Shown: piece after piece, positions 15,577-29,400 of the stretch | Numbering within the stretch: the first letter of the stretch is position 1 | Layout of the letters: each line of letters begins with the position of its first letter | From: Balanoglossus misakiensis | Taxonomy: Eukaryota > Animalia > Hemichordata | DNA: 64,000 bases | Direction of reading: 5' to 3' | Assembly: GCA_040954595.2 (NCBI GenBank) | Contig: CM082592.2 | Span: 8,977,677 to 9,041,676 of the forward strand | Program-made: the position numbers and the translations under genes | Notes under the pieces: model-generated | Seen by the model: the letters and a program-made list of their open reading frames with translations, nothing else | The model's database searches: none | Told to the model about the DNA's origin: nothing

Positions 15577-18500
15577 ACTCTGATAATGGTTTGTTAGGGT
15601 CAGATACTGTAGATGCCTTAATTTTTTCAGGTCAGGTAACACTTGCAATATGGACCAGAATAAGTTAAAGAAACACACTGATTTACATTGAAAGGGACAT
15701 GATCTCATCTTCGAACCCTGTCAGAAACCTCATCAAAACCTAGCCTGGTACTCAGTTCCTTTTCAATGATTGACACAAGCAATCAAACAAACGGACACAT
15801 TAAACATTTTTTCCAAAAAGCTGTTACGAATCCTTCACTTCATGCAAGGTGTGCATGCCCTGAAATAACCCACATGTTGCTAGCCACGTCAGATATGGAA
15901 ACAGTAGCCAATTTACTACCAGGGGTATTACACCATATGTTAGCAGACTATATGTATGTTAAAAAAGCAGTCCCTGAACTGCTGACATTTACACTGCACG
16001 ATGAAATATGTAAATGTAAATTACAGTATTTGTGATTTATTCATCTCTCTGCTTTGACAGGTATAGACTCTCGATTCATAGTCACAAGGTCATGACCTTA
16101 ATACTAAATATTGTGCTACTCACTTTTTTGAGTGTTGGCCACAATTCCATGACAAAAAAAATGGTCTGTTTATAAGAAACTTTAATTGACTGAAATTGAC
16201 AAGTTGGCAGGGTCAATTTGGCAAAGTTAATGTTTAAAGGACAACCTCACTGATGTAGACGTGGCCAGGATGGACATGAGAGGACTGGTACACACACAGT
16301 CTGTCCACTCCAAAGTTTTAGCCGATCACCTGAACACAATCTGTGCTGCTAGGCAACTCTTGAAATCACCTGTTGCCTGCAACATGATCTGATGATGGGC
16401 AACCAGTAGAGATGGGGTGGTGGTGGCAGTTTACATGTCATGCAGTTTACAACAAGTAAATAAGAAAACTTAGTAGCCACATCCTGCACTACTTCCATCA
16501 ACAGAGAACAAATCCAATCAACCAAAGTCCAAGATCGCAACTTTTTGTCATGCTCATACGAACAGACTCATGATTCTACAAGTCCAATGGAACAATAAAT
16601 ATTGAACCAGGCAGGACAACCAATGTTGGTTACAGGACAACTAGCTTAAAACCCTCATACAAATTCTCAGGACCACCAGATGATAAATCACCCATTAAAT
16701 ATTATATACAGATTCACTCTGCCCCACTGTTGTTCATAAATTTAATCAATGAAAGCACTGACTGAACAGTGTATTTATACATAGTGTTGACTTGACCTCA
16801 CCTGCGGTTCTAAGGTCAGAGGAGGGATTAGTCATCAGGCCACTAATGAAAATTTCATGAACATAATTTACACACTTCGCTGCTAAACTTTATTGAGTTT
16901 CAAAGAGAACCAAAAGTTGTTCCTCAGTTTCCCCACAATTATATTATTCAACACTGGACATGGACTAATTTAAATACATGATATTCTGGCAATAAATGAC
17001 AATCTCAGAGACCAGACTGGCACTGTGACCATTCCATCTTTAAGCCCGTCCTAGAGTTTCCGTGGTAACCCCCCTCCCATGTGATTTAACAGCTAATTGA
17101 GACAAATGTATTTAAACAAGTGGGTATTAGTAGCAAACCAATTATCACTTCCCTCAATTGAAATGCCTCTTATCAGATTTGCTTGGCTCTTTTGTGCCTC
17201 ACTGCACACTCTCCATCAATGGAGTATTACTATAACATTAGGGCATCAGCCGAATAACATGCAACTAAATACTCCCAACATTTGAAATGGATTAATGAAC
17301 AGTTACTGTAATACAAATTAAGGCAGCTGTTCATGCATCCATTTCCAGGACATTTCTCATTTTCCTGAATGTGAAAAAACAACAAGCGATGTCAGATACG
17401 TACAGGATTTACATGTAATGATAAATGGCATCATAAAAGTACTGCTGACTCAGATGTGGTCAGCCAGTGGCCACAAATACTAATGTACAACAATTGTACA
17501 TGTATCACTTCAACAGTTGAAGGCCAGCTGTTCAAAAGGCCTCATAGACCATTGTTGAGTGTTCACTCGCTATAGAACATAAACGCTGTGGATTTTGTTG
17601 ACTGTAGGTGTCAATTGTTGCCATATAGCACTTTGCTTTACATGACAATTGTTCGATACTGCAGATGGCTTTGACCATGAACTCCACAGCCTAGTAGTGG
17701 TAGCCGTGACCAAGACAGTGTGTGTGTGTGTGTGTGTGCTAGGGACCATGCACAGGGAACGTAACACAGATCCTGCCAAAGCCTGCAATATGCATAGTTG
17801 ATTCTCTGTTAAGAATACGATTGCGGACAGATAGAGATGATTGGTGATATCATTAGACTGAGTGGGGGAGTGACCGTTGTCTTCCAAGGTTGCCTGCACT
17901 AGTTGTTTGAATGAGCTACCATCCCCACTCTCCCTGAACATGGATCTACCCAGGCCACTGACAACTGCACGGATCAAACCAAATCACAGAGGTGGAAGGG
18001 TTACATGTAAAACTTGGGACTGATTCATGTACACACTACAAACACGCCACATTTACTGTTGACCAAACTGTACAAATAGTCACACACAATTGTTTTGGAA
18101 CTACAATGGAAAATATCACAATGCTGACCTGTAGAGGAAAGGTCGTGGCTCACACATAAGAAAGTTTATCAAATCAAGCACACACATCAAGAGGTTAGAT
18201 TGCACCGGGAGAGATGGAGCATGCCATGTCATAACCATATAGAGAAAGCCTTTGTTTCAGTTGATGTCAACATTTTGAACAACTATGACAAGTATTCAGA
18301 TGGCACTCTCAAACCATTCTTTATAATTACGAAACCTCCCTGTTAATTGTTTGCGACTACATGCTTATGAACTCGACATTCCTAGAGGGAAACTATTCTT
18401 TCAATGGGTTTCTTCTACTTCTGGTTTTATCAGAATTCCGAACCATTGTTATGAACACAGGTGAAGTTAAGCCTACGTAAAGCAAGGTATATTGTACGGA

Positions 18501-21500
18501 TAGCATTTCAAAGACCCGGCAGCGGTAAAACGTGTCGGAACACGTCACTTTTGTCCGTTGACTCAATAGTTTGTGTGTGGCGGAGTTTCTTGTTTCCCGG
18601 CACAAAGCGCACACACCTTGGGCCGTTGGAATTTCAAATCCATCAATATAAACTTGTTATACTACAACGTCATACGTTGACATTAAAACACCCAGTACTG
18701 AGATTTTCGTCAAGTGTGTGTCAGATTGTGGCTAGTTCACCAGGGGAAAATAAACACTGAACGAGTGATCACATGTCTCGTAAACATGAACTGGTACGCT
18801 TACATTGAATGATGGAGTGGCAAAATGGGTGATTTTTCCCTCAAACAGAAATATGTTGAGCGAGATACAAAAATTCAACTTTGAAAAACCTTCTGCTGAT
18901 GTTAGACATGACCATATACTGCCACGTTCGAGTGGTTGGAGTAAATAAGAGCTCTCTACTATTTGAAAAGTTGAAAAAAGTACAAGGCCTACTCTGGACC
19001 CCTAGTGTGTGACAAGGGCAAAAAACCTTATTACTGAATTAAACCCTGCATGATGTGTACACATGGCAAACAATTTCGATTCAGGTTCGGACACAGACTT
19101 GACTTTTCATGCCCGCGTAATACCTGTGGGCAGCGTGCCAAAAAAACATTGTGATCACTGACAAACAGTGCACATGTCATCAGAACCCACCTTTATTATC
19201 CAATCCCTCCTTTCATCCCAGACAAAATAGAAGCAAGCAAAACAATTGTAAAATGGTTTCTTTGAGGTAGTTTCACACTCCTCCTGTTCTGGTGATGTAA
19301 GTGTATTGATTTTTGGTCAATGCGAAACGACCTGTTGTTTCGAACACAATACCGAACTCAAGAGATGCTGTAATTTCAAGTACCTTTCAAACAACAGAAG
19401 ACAGATAGAATCAACATATATACATATTATCACTCTGTTATTATCCCTGGCTATTCCAAAGTCTTGTATCATCATCACCGCAAAACCAATCTACAGTACA
19501 TTACTGCTTAATCAATAAAAGCAGTCTGGCTGCCAGCAGCGAGTGGAGATTCAATCAATTGCGTTCCAGTTTGATGCTTGAGTAATTAAATAATGTGGAT
19601 TTGAGAAAGAGAGATTCCAGAACAAGTAAATACACAACACTTTACGCGTTGTAGACATCATACTTCTGTTCATACTCTACGTTATAAGAATATGAAACAA
19701 ATGCCTACGCCAAACAGAAACACCTGAAAATGCTCATGCACTTGTGAATGTATGTTATTACTATCCGAAGCAAAATGTTTTGCATAATAATTCTAAATGA
19801 TCTCTTCTGTAGTCAATTCTGTACTAAATGTTTCCTTTCCTTTACAAAAAGGCTACTGTAATTACAATAATCATATCCGGGTTAACGAATACACATCTTT
19901 ACTTTATACAATGATTATTGGCCTTCGAAGTATCAATCAATGGGATATATCGGTCTGACCTAGAAAAATACATGTTTCTATTGACATATTGGTTTGTACA
20001 ATTAGAGACTTCTTACTTTACAAACATGAAAAGATTCCACTATGGCCATTGATATCCGAAACTGGTACATTCAATCTATAATAAATGCACCACATATATA
20101 GAACATGAGTTTGCAAGATGGATGGATCCTGCAACTCTGGTATTAGGCTAGCTATCCATCAGTACAAAGAATGCTGCTGAAATTTGCACAGCAAACTACG
20201 AAATTTGCACAGCAAAACAGTATCATAAATTATGTAGGTGGCAGACCGATGACTGTGTACATGGTCTGATTTTGTGCAAGAGCTGCTTCCCTTCGACTGC
20301 ATCTGTTAAAATTTAAATGATCACCCAAATTTATAAATAGCCCTGATCATGTTTACGTCATATATATTACTAATTTGTATTTATTTAATTTATATTTTCA
20401 ACCAAGTCATGCGGACCAGGACGGGAATGTTGGAATTCATCAATCTGGAGCCTGTCTCCATGACAACCTTAGTTGACAGGAGTGACAACAATTCTGGAGT
20501 AGATTGCCAGTGAAGCCCTGGACCCGCCAAGGATTAATCGGCATGCAATGATAAGCACAGGTGACCACACATACCCAAAACCCTGGGCCCTGATATCTGC
20601 GAGGCAGATCTTGCCTCCCCTACAACACTGAAATGAATCAACACAACATCAAGTGTAACCAACAACCGAGAAATTGTCCTTGGTGAAATCTGGCCAAACA
20701 TTCAGATGATATGGTACAGTGTTGGTTTTCCACTTTACACTGAGCAATAAATTATCGCTTTGACGAAAGAATGAAACATATGTCCGTCGATTACGGTTCT
20801 TTCTCAACAGACAATGACAATGAGTTGCCTAGTGTACACGTCAACATCTGATCTCTACACACTGGTTGCTGCAGCCAGACTAACCGAGTGCTTTCTGAGA
20901 GATCAGAACATCCTAGCACCTTGGTCACAAAGTTATGGGCACTGCTTATTCTTCCCGGGAGAGAAGTATGCCTTTTTAAATACAGCCCCATAACCCATGG
21001 CCCATGCCGAGTTTGTTAGTAAACAAGCAACAGAATCAGGCCTGCAAAACTCTTACAGTCTACCAGCGACCAACAATACAGTGTGTGCTACTTCGATGAA
21101 GGTCATTTGGAACACAAACTGAATAGGTGAAAATTTATTATCCTACACAGTCCCAAGACACCAACAGTTCTGTTAAACACAAGCACACCATTTCTTGCAA
21201 TAAATGTTCTATTGATGCATGTGTTAACTCCTCTTGCCAACACATGACATCGCTTTGCTGACAGACAGATACAGAAGGAGACAGTAATATATCCAGAATC
21301 CCTCCGGACACACTAAACCACACAGCTTACATTACAATGATGGCCTTTTTATCTCCTATTGTTTTCTATTGTTACTGCGCCAGAACAGAAGAGATCTGCA
21401 ATCTCCCCTGCTGACTGCCGCAAACTGCCAATCTTGTTCATTGTGTGGCAAAACACAGCATGTATACGGAATCATTAACAGAATCCCAACATCTGGAACA

Positions 21501-23687
21501 TCACTTTACATCAGCCGGTACCAGAGCTACTAAGACAATACGCCCTGATACTGTTACATTCAGTGCTTCTCTTTCTGGAGTCTGAATTATTAATAATAAA
21601 ACAACAGCCTGCTTGGAGCGAAATTTCATACTCTAAATATTGTACCACTATTATATTTTTGATAGGATTTAGCTGTGATAAAACTTACTACCTGCATTTT
21701 TTATTCTGTTTTAAATATTTAAATTTCAATTATACTAAGCATTATGAATAAAAGGCAATTCAACAGTAACATGTTTGTGTATTCATATATGCCCAATATA
21801 CCTTTAGGTTACTGTTCTATAGAAACTGGGATACGTTGATTTTCACTTCATTCTGGGTAAAAATTATTGTTTGGTCCTCTTTTGTATCTGCTTCCACCTC
21901 AACCCATTTTTCTTTCCCTCCCCAAAATTCCTGATGTGCTACACACATTTTAGTTTTGATGAGGAACAGAACAGAACAGACTAAGGTTTTATGTACTTTT
22001 AATTAAGGCACCCCTAGATGCCTTGGCTCGTAAGACTTTTATCACCGTCTGCTGTTACTATCATCTCAATAAAAAAAGCCAATACCTGCACCATTGCATA
22101 TGGACACTTTTGTAGTATCAAGAATTGCATCCACCTGGTCAAAGATATTGATCACCGATATCATTGTCACATAGTGCTTGGTGAAAGTTTTGGCTTTAAC
22201 AACATAGGCCTTCTTTAACCCTTTCACCACCATGGTTTGGTCCAAATCAATTGCTCTCTATGGTAAAGCTGGACCTGTATGGGGGTGGAAGGGTCAAAGT
22301 TTGCTTTTTCTTGGAGTTACTGGTAAAGGCAGACTCTGCCAACAACGGCTATACTTATATTAAATAATAACACATGATAGCGAGGCCAACATCACGATTT
22401 GAAGCCTGCACGAGGGATGGTGCTGTCTGACCATAATATTGATTTGGCCCGAGCCGCAGACGAGGGTATCATCAATATTATGGTCAGAGAGCACCAGCCC
22501 GACATAATAGTGAGGTGTAATGTTTATGTAGGTATTTTCAGGAAACTGCAAGTGTACATTGTGAAGACATCTTGCAGTCATATACCTGAGTGGTCATTAT
22601 GTGTGTAAAAAAATCTCTATTTATGATTCGTCAATCTAACAGTCCGCAAGCAGGAATACCGCGACAAGGATCCGCATCATATTTCGGATGCCCGGTATTC
22701 ACAACTTGACTGTTACACTGACGTACCAACATAACGACTGGAAAAACAATCACTCACCGTATTATCAACCGACCCATCCGTGTCGTCAGCACTTAAGGCA
22801 CGCTTTGGTGTGGAAGACAGTGAAGGGCTACCAAGTGCTTCAGGCCCAGTACTACTACTACTTGATCTCGACAACTGATTGCCCGCTCTCTCTGCATCCT
22901 TATATTTCTGCAGTTCAGCTAGTAACGTATCCCTCTCCCTATGCAGCTTCTTCGATATGTTATCCTTCTCCGCAATCTCCTGATCTTTGAGTTTCATCGC
23001 TCGTTTGATCCCTTGCATATTATTGGCTTCTTTTTTGTCATCCTTGACCGGCTGCAATATCCTTTTGATCTCCGCCTCGTAATGAGACTTCATGCGCCTT
23101 ATATCTTCTGCCTTGTCGTGATCACTCTTGCATTTCAACTGGTAGAGCTGTTCCGCTCTTTCCTTTGATTCTTTCAGCGACTTAATCTCTTGCATGAGCC
23201 TGTGCTCCAAATCGCTGGTGGCACCGTGCAACTGGTTGGCCACTTGTTTTCTGGTGTTCTCCTGAGCTTGCCTGACGCTCTCCTCGTACTGCTGCAGCAA
23301 CTTGGCATGAATTTGCTTCAACTCTTCCTCCTTGTACTGCAGGACCTGTTTCACTTCCTGGTCTTTCTCCTTTGCAAGGTTTTCCCTGAGCCTTTGTAAT
23401 TCCAAGTGTTTCTCCGAAAGAAGCTTCAAACTGACCTGTTCGACTGCTCGATCCTTTTCTCTTTCCAACTGGTCGCGAACCGCTTTCACTTCCTGGACTT
23501 TCTCCTTGTGGACCATTTTGCTCCGCTGCTTCACAGATTCCAATTCCGATCGCAGTTTATTTATTCGCCTTTTCAGTTCCTCGTTGGCCTTTTTCATGTT
23601 GACGTTGGACGGGGATGATCTGAACGGCGATCCCCTCGTCGGCGAACTATAGTGGCCGTTCTCGAGAGACTTTGTCGATGACATCAT
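4442..23687 (-). CDS. RIMS-binding protein family (RIMBP2/TSPOAP1/RIMBP3-like), N-terminal coiled-coil exons; gene continues beyond the left edge
   Basis: Phase-0 GT-AG exons at 22758-23687, 9941-10060, 8370-8516, 4730-4915 and 4442-4543. Translations recall the TSPOAP1/RIMBP3 N-terminus: EKDQEVKQVLQYKEEELKQ, KINKLKKRNAELATIARQLEEKAKALQQQNMRV, KKVFARQRAKDLADHAQKVLTKDKEI, KEQLRLQRQI. SH3/FN3 exons are not seen in the window. Family call is from remembered motifs, not a search. Confidence 0.8.
13662..13712 (-). CDS. Candidate alternative first coding exon of the RIMBP-like gene (MDNHDIQRFYQNIHLYQ)
   Basis: caaaATGG context, 17 open codons, and a CAG|gtaggt donor in phase 0 compatible with the exon at 10060. 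CpG-richer sequence lies just upstream (~13790-14000). Confidence 0.4.
14719..14733 (-). promoter_or_regulatory. CTCF-like site
   Basis: gcgccctctagtggc; the reverse complement GCCACTAGAGGGCGC closely matches the CTCF core consensus. Confidence 0.55.
15540..15576. repeat. (CT)n(CA)n compound microsatellite
   Basis: ctctctctctc followed by acacacacacacacacacaca. Confidence 0.9.
17718..17738. repeat. (GT)n microsatellite
   Basis: gtgtgtgtgtgtgtgtgtgtg. Confidence 0.85.
22215..22297 (+). mobile_element. Short MITE copy, TTAA-flanked with CCCT termini (piggyBac-like)
   Basis: ttaaccctttcaccaccatgg...gggggtggaagggtcaa has terminal inverted repeats and aligns by eye with the reverse complement of 55095-55187. 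Confidence 0.65.
22418..22496. repeat. Inverted repeat / hairpin, likely the core of a palindromic non-autonomous element
   Basis: Arms tggtgctgtctgaccataatattgat (22418-22443) and atcaatattatggtcagagagcacca (22471-22496) pair at 25 of 26 positions around a GC-rich loop. Confidence 0.75.
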
Positions 23688-24689
23688 GTATACAGTTGGG
23701 GATATATTCACTAAGGGTAAAACTAATGTAAACACACACACGTACAGCTAGCTATATACTTACGATACCTAACAAATCTACGGTCACAGTGGGGATGATT
23801 GGCTTCAGATCGTCGATCGGATTAGCCCATGATGACAGACGAGGTGATCGCAAAAGGTTCACTATCCGCAACAGTTGTGAAGCGAAGTGCACACGTTAGC
23901 AATCGGCCACATAGCTTCCTGTGCGAGTTGCCATATTACCACCACCACCAACGGCCGTTCGTAAGTAGCAAAGCGATACGTTGACAGTAACAAAATAATT
24001 TAACAAATCCAGAAAAGTAGTCACCCGATGAAAGAACTTCGACGACTTTTCCGTTCAAGAGGTAGATACAAAAGTATTGCGAATCAACTGAATAATTTGC
24101 ACGATACGTACAGTATAGATTTCGACTCAAAGTTTAACAGCAACAAACACGAAGTTGGACGCCATTGAATCGCTGTACTGTACTGAACTTATTTAACCTT
24201 TGACCCGGTTGTCATCAAATCTGCATAAATTCACACCTACGTGTGAAGTACACAACAATGGCGGTGTCACAGAATGCGGGCGTCATACTCAGTACGTCTC
24301 ACACCTAGAACTTTCAACAGGTGCAAACATTTGCGCCAACTCGCGGCCCGTATACACGTACAAGTTCAACGTCTGTTCGAAGTGAAACTATTCTGAGCCT
24401 TAGTTTTCCAATGCGGCAAGTTTGCAACAGACACACAAATGTTAAACATCCTCTTCACAAAATGTAAAAGAAGTCAACATTTTCCAGCAAAATGTACAGA
24501 CGCGTTCAACTTCTTTTCCACGTTCCAATTGTTCACAAAATGACGTAAATTTTCGTCGGATACCGGATAACATACTTTCTGTTACTTGAATATCTTCGCT
24601 ATCCACAAGCTTTGGTGGTAATCCTGTCCCGACAGAGGGGAATTCTTGCTCTTTTTCTCTGGAAGTTTGAGAGAAACGGACTCTGCAGA

Positions 24690-24740
24690 CGACGCGTCAC
24701 GTGTCCTGATATAAACTTTCGTTTCGTCACGTGACTAATT
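24690..24740. promoter_or_regulatory. Probable RIMBP-like promoter with two E-boxes
   Basis: GTCACGTG at 24696-24703 and the perfect palindrome GTCACGTGAC at 24726-24735, at the upstream end of a CpG-rich stretch leading to the ATG at 23687. Confidence 0.45.
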
Positions 24741-26419
24741 TCTCAACGAATCCGTAGCTTCTAATAGAAATTTCATGGTATCATCTCTCATACACATAAC
24801 ACCTGCGCAAATATTAATATTCACATTCTTTATTTCTTTCATCTTGGTAAGTATACCATACCACTTTTAAAACAATAACTTTAAAACTCTGTCAATAAAT
24901 TATTTCGTTTTTGATAACTAGTCCGGTTAATCCTTCAAAAATTAAAATCAAACACATATTTGATTAACACTGAGATACAACCAGAGGGAGCATGGGTAAT
25001 ATACGACTCACAGTCACAAGATTTCCACTTTGAACAAAATCTTTTAGAAGAAATTCATTTCTTGAGGGTACCGTCCCTGTCAGCCAATTGTAAAGGTTAG
25101 ATGGAAACATTGTCCTGAAATGGTGATCAAACAGCAGGCACAAGCTGAATTCAGAAACTATACAGCCAGTACTTAAACTTTACAAAAAAGAAGAAAAAGT
25201 CTACTTCTGGTAAACTGCCATTGCTTTAAAATCATAAACAGACAGCAAGGATTAATTTCACAGAGAGTCTCAAAGTTTAAAATAACATGCTGAAAAAAAA
25301 GTACAGAGCTGTTGTAAGTCACCAAAATTCAACACATTGGAGTTGAATGGTTGAACACATCAGCCATGCAGGTCTCAATGGTTGATGAGCTTCAAATATT
25401 TCACATATTTGGTTATACCTCTTTTGACAACAGCAAACAAGAAACAAAAAGCTTTTTATAGTCACCTGCATAACACAAAACTAATTTTAACATTGCTCAG
25501 AAATTCACCGATGTACTCAATATGATTCCACTTTGGTATGAAATCAACACTAAGTTGTTTTGGCCAACTTGAACTTGACAAGCATGGGGACAAAGTTTTC
25601 AATGATAAATTAGTAAATTAAAGTTAACCCCTTCAGAACTGGTGCAAATTACAATGTAAAATTACTTCTACATTACATTTAACATGTCTAATATGAATTT
25701 AATTTAATTATATCACCGATTCATGAATATATTCTACATTACATCTTTCAAACACTGAATAAAACAAGCAAAGTTAATATGGTTATAATAATATAATCTG
25801 CTTTTGCACTTGAATTTTATATATTACAGAACACAATGCATCTTGACACATGCTCGTATAATTTATACAACACAGTTTCACAAGGCAGACCTACTTTAGC
25901 TAAAGTGAGTTAAAGATTACATTGCACTTAGTCCAACTATGTGACATTGGGTGTTGTAGTATGGTGTGGATATATGGAAGTACATGTATTATACAGTGGA
26001 GAGCTCAGCTGCAAGAACATGAGATGTGATAGTGGGGCCATATGGATGTGCAGAGCTGCACTAAATTAATACCATATTAATATGTTGTCTCCATTGTCTG
26101 TAAATTTATAAGCCTAGTCTGGATTGAAAGCCATTCAATTTTATATTGACCAGTGTCAAAAAAACCAATCATACCAAAGATGTCGTCAATCTTAGCACAT
26201 TTAGACAGGAGACAATCTTAGCACATTTAAACAGGAGACGTAGGCCAACCTGCTGTAAAGTGGTCCCACAAGGCTGCATCTGGTTGGTCGATTCTTCTGT
26301 CGACTCGCTCTTCGAAACAGGTGCACAGCATACACTGACAGACAAAATATCCAGGTTAGGCTTATAGATAGGGGGCGTCCTGTAAATTTGTTCGGACCGA
26401 GTCCCTACTCATGCACAGT

Positions 26420-29400
26420 TTATAACAGTAACGATGGCAATGGCAGTGCAGGTAAAATGGAGTCCACCAGATTCACCCAGAAATTAGCACACATGGCATG
26501 GTACTGCCGACCTCCGTACGTCAGCTTGTGACTGTCTTCGTGGCGGTCAAACGCTTTGCTCCGCGAGTCAACGTTAAGCAGACACACACCACATGCTTTG
26601 TCCGCGTTGCTGGGATCCGACTTGAGAACCGCGGCGGTAAACACAAACAGGCTATCCTCAGGCTGAAAGTAGACAAACAATGATCAAATATTAGAATTAA
26701 ATTCAGCAAGGAGTTATGTATGAATCAGTGATTGGTGTATAGTTTTGACTATTGACTACATTTCTGCATATGTACTGGTACTCACCATGAGAGGGCTGCC
26801 AGCAAGGAAAGCTGCCAAATTATTCCACAGTAGATTGGTATCTCGCAGCAGTTTCTGGAGGTCATCAGTTTCTAGACCTGTGAATAAAAGCAAAAAAGAT
26901 GTTTTGTACAGAAGCCAGACTGTAGACATATTCCAGATCTGCAAAGGCATACACCTTTGTGTTATTTTCTCTAGTATCAGCTGCTAGAAACAGTGAAAAA
27001 ATTCAACTAACCTGATGCTTTCATTGCTGTGCCCACACGGCAAGACACACGGTAAATTTCAACTAAAGCTGCAAAGAAGAAAGAAACAATATAATTATAA
27101 TGCACAAAAAAGGTCTAAAATATTCCTCTGAATACTGAATTCACAATGACACTACGATTTGGAGGTGGAAATACAAACAAGTTTGTAGAACAACATGAAA
27201 AAGAAGACTTACCTTGTAAATAACTGGAACCTTCTTCGGACTTGATTATTTCCGCACAGATAGAGGAACTGCTAACACTGTTGAACGTTTCATTGGCTTG
27301 TTTCAATGTGTGATAACAACTCTGTAGGCATCTCTGCCACTCATATGTATGCCTTTCATTGTCCTACAAATACAGATACACATGTACAACTTAGGGACCA
27401 TCTCAGAGAGTTGCACAAATTCAAGCGAAATTTGTGATCCAAATGAACTCTATAGTGAAGTGATACTGAGATGGTCACTGAAAAGGTAAGCTAAACCCAG
27501 AGCCACTGGGTCATGAGGTCACTATTTCTGGTATTGACTAAAAGGTCAATATATGCCATACGTACCTCAATGTCCCCTACCACACCGCCGTATCTGTCCC
27601 CAAATAGTGGCAGTGGTGGTCCTGTGCTGAGAGGTGGCGGTGGTCCCGTGGAAATAATCATGGCACCACTTCTACCATCTGTGAATCGAACAGGAAAGCA
27701 AAAATGTTATATGTGTATTCCCCTAGGAAAAACACTGTGGCATGGCAATGAGTTTCCCCCGCCCTGGTAAATCTCAACTGTCTATTGAGAAATGTACATA
27801 CCTAGTGGTTTAGGAGGCAGGCTGTCAACAGTGTTCATGTAAGGCTCTGTAGTGGCAGAACCCGAATACCCCATACTGTCACTCGCATCGTCATCATCCC
27901 CACTCGGCGTCGCATCAAAGCTCCTCAAATCCAAACTGGCGACCGACTCCAGTTTAGGCAGTCCCTTCTTGACAGGACCGGTATCGGGACTGGAGGAGTC
28001 CGATTCCTTGGAGTTGATCGAAATGCTGTCCGGTGTCTTGCTAGCCATGGAGCTGTTGAAATCACTTATGTTCTCATGTGACGTGTTCGATGGAGGCGAG
28101 TATCCCGGGGGATTTGGACCCAAATTGCCAAATAAATCATCGTCACCCCCGATTTGATATCTGCTCCCGCTAAAAATATCATTTCTTGTCCTGTTTTCAA
28201 CATCATTCCCGCCCTGTACAGGTGTTAAATTGCTAACATGCAAATTACCGAAATCGTCCTTCGTGTCCTCCGTGTCTCCTTGGATTTCAATTTCAGGAGT
28301 TGTTGGTTTGCCTTGTCCTATTTCTCTGAACACACTATATTTCTCCTCGGATGGGGGTGCCACACTCGGCTTTTCAAGTTCCCGAAAGATACTGTATTTA
28401 TCCTCCTCAGCTGCGGTAACTCTTTTACTTTCATTGGTTTCTTTAACAACTCCACGCGTATCGGTTTTCTCCTCAGAATCCAGATTCTCCGTTATTGTCG
28501 GGAAAAGTTCATGTTCATGTTTGTCAGATTCCTGTTTCATACCAGTCGGAGATTCATTGCTTTTCTCTGATCGAATATTTCGCACAGTACTTCCTTTCCC
28601 TTTGAACTTCTGTCCACCAAACATGGAAAGAGATTTTTCCGGCTGTTTTGGCTTCGGTTTAGAAATGCTGGTAAATAGATCGTCATCCACAACGTGAGGA
28701 GCACTGCCAAAATCCCCAAATTCATCATCGTCTTGGTCGAAGTCTGTCATAGCTGGTGGCTTTCTGCCAAATAAATCATCTTCGTCATCATGTGAGGAAA
28801 TTCTACGCGCTTCGAACTTCCTCTTGTCTTTTTTCTCAGGTTTAGGGGGCTCGAGATCAACGGGTTCCTCAGATCTGGCAGAGTCAAAAAATCCACCGGC
28901 CATTCCACCTCTGTAGTCTGCTTGCAATTTGCTTTCCGTCCCGGAATGGGTGGCGCCGTGCTGGAAGTCGGAAAAGTCATCATCTGCTGCTGGTGTACCT
29001 TTCCTAATTGCATGCACTGAAGTTGCAGGTTCATCTGGCAGTTTCGGTTCACTGAAGTCTGCAAACTGATCGCTTGTTATTGACGTGTTTTGCTGGAAGT
29101 CAGAGAAACTGTCGTCCGCGGCGTTTTGGAAATCAGCGAATTCATCCTGGTCATCAGACTTTTTGAAATCTGCAAATTCATCTTGATCATCAGACTTTTT
29201 AAAATCAGCAAACTCATCCTCGGGCTCAGGTACATCAACTGACAAAACGCGAAGGGCTGCATACTTGTCGCCGTCATCCTCAAACTTAAAGAGATCATCA
29301 CTTGATGGCTGCTTTGGAGGCTCGGCCGCCTGAAAATCAGCAAATTCGTCCTGTCCGTCATTCGGCTTCACTGCCGGAAAGCTGGCTGGAAGTGATGGCG

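Noticed and set aside
17570-17977. 135-aa minus-strand ORF
   Set aside because: It spans a GT microsatellite, has no recognisable domain, and has no convincing splice context.
18803-18910. ATG plus gtaagc donor as another alternative RIMBP first exon
   Set aside because: There is an in-frame TGA before the donor.
26187-26240. 26-bp tandem duplication in the SYNRG 3' UTR (similar short duplications at ~4933, ~14223, ~20179)
   Set aside because: Ordinary slippage-type duplications with no evidence of function.
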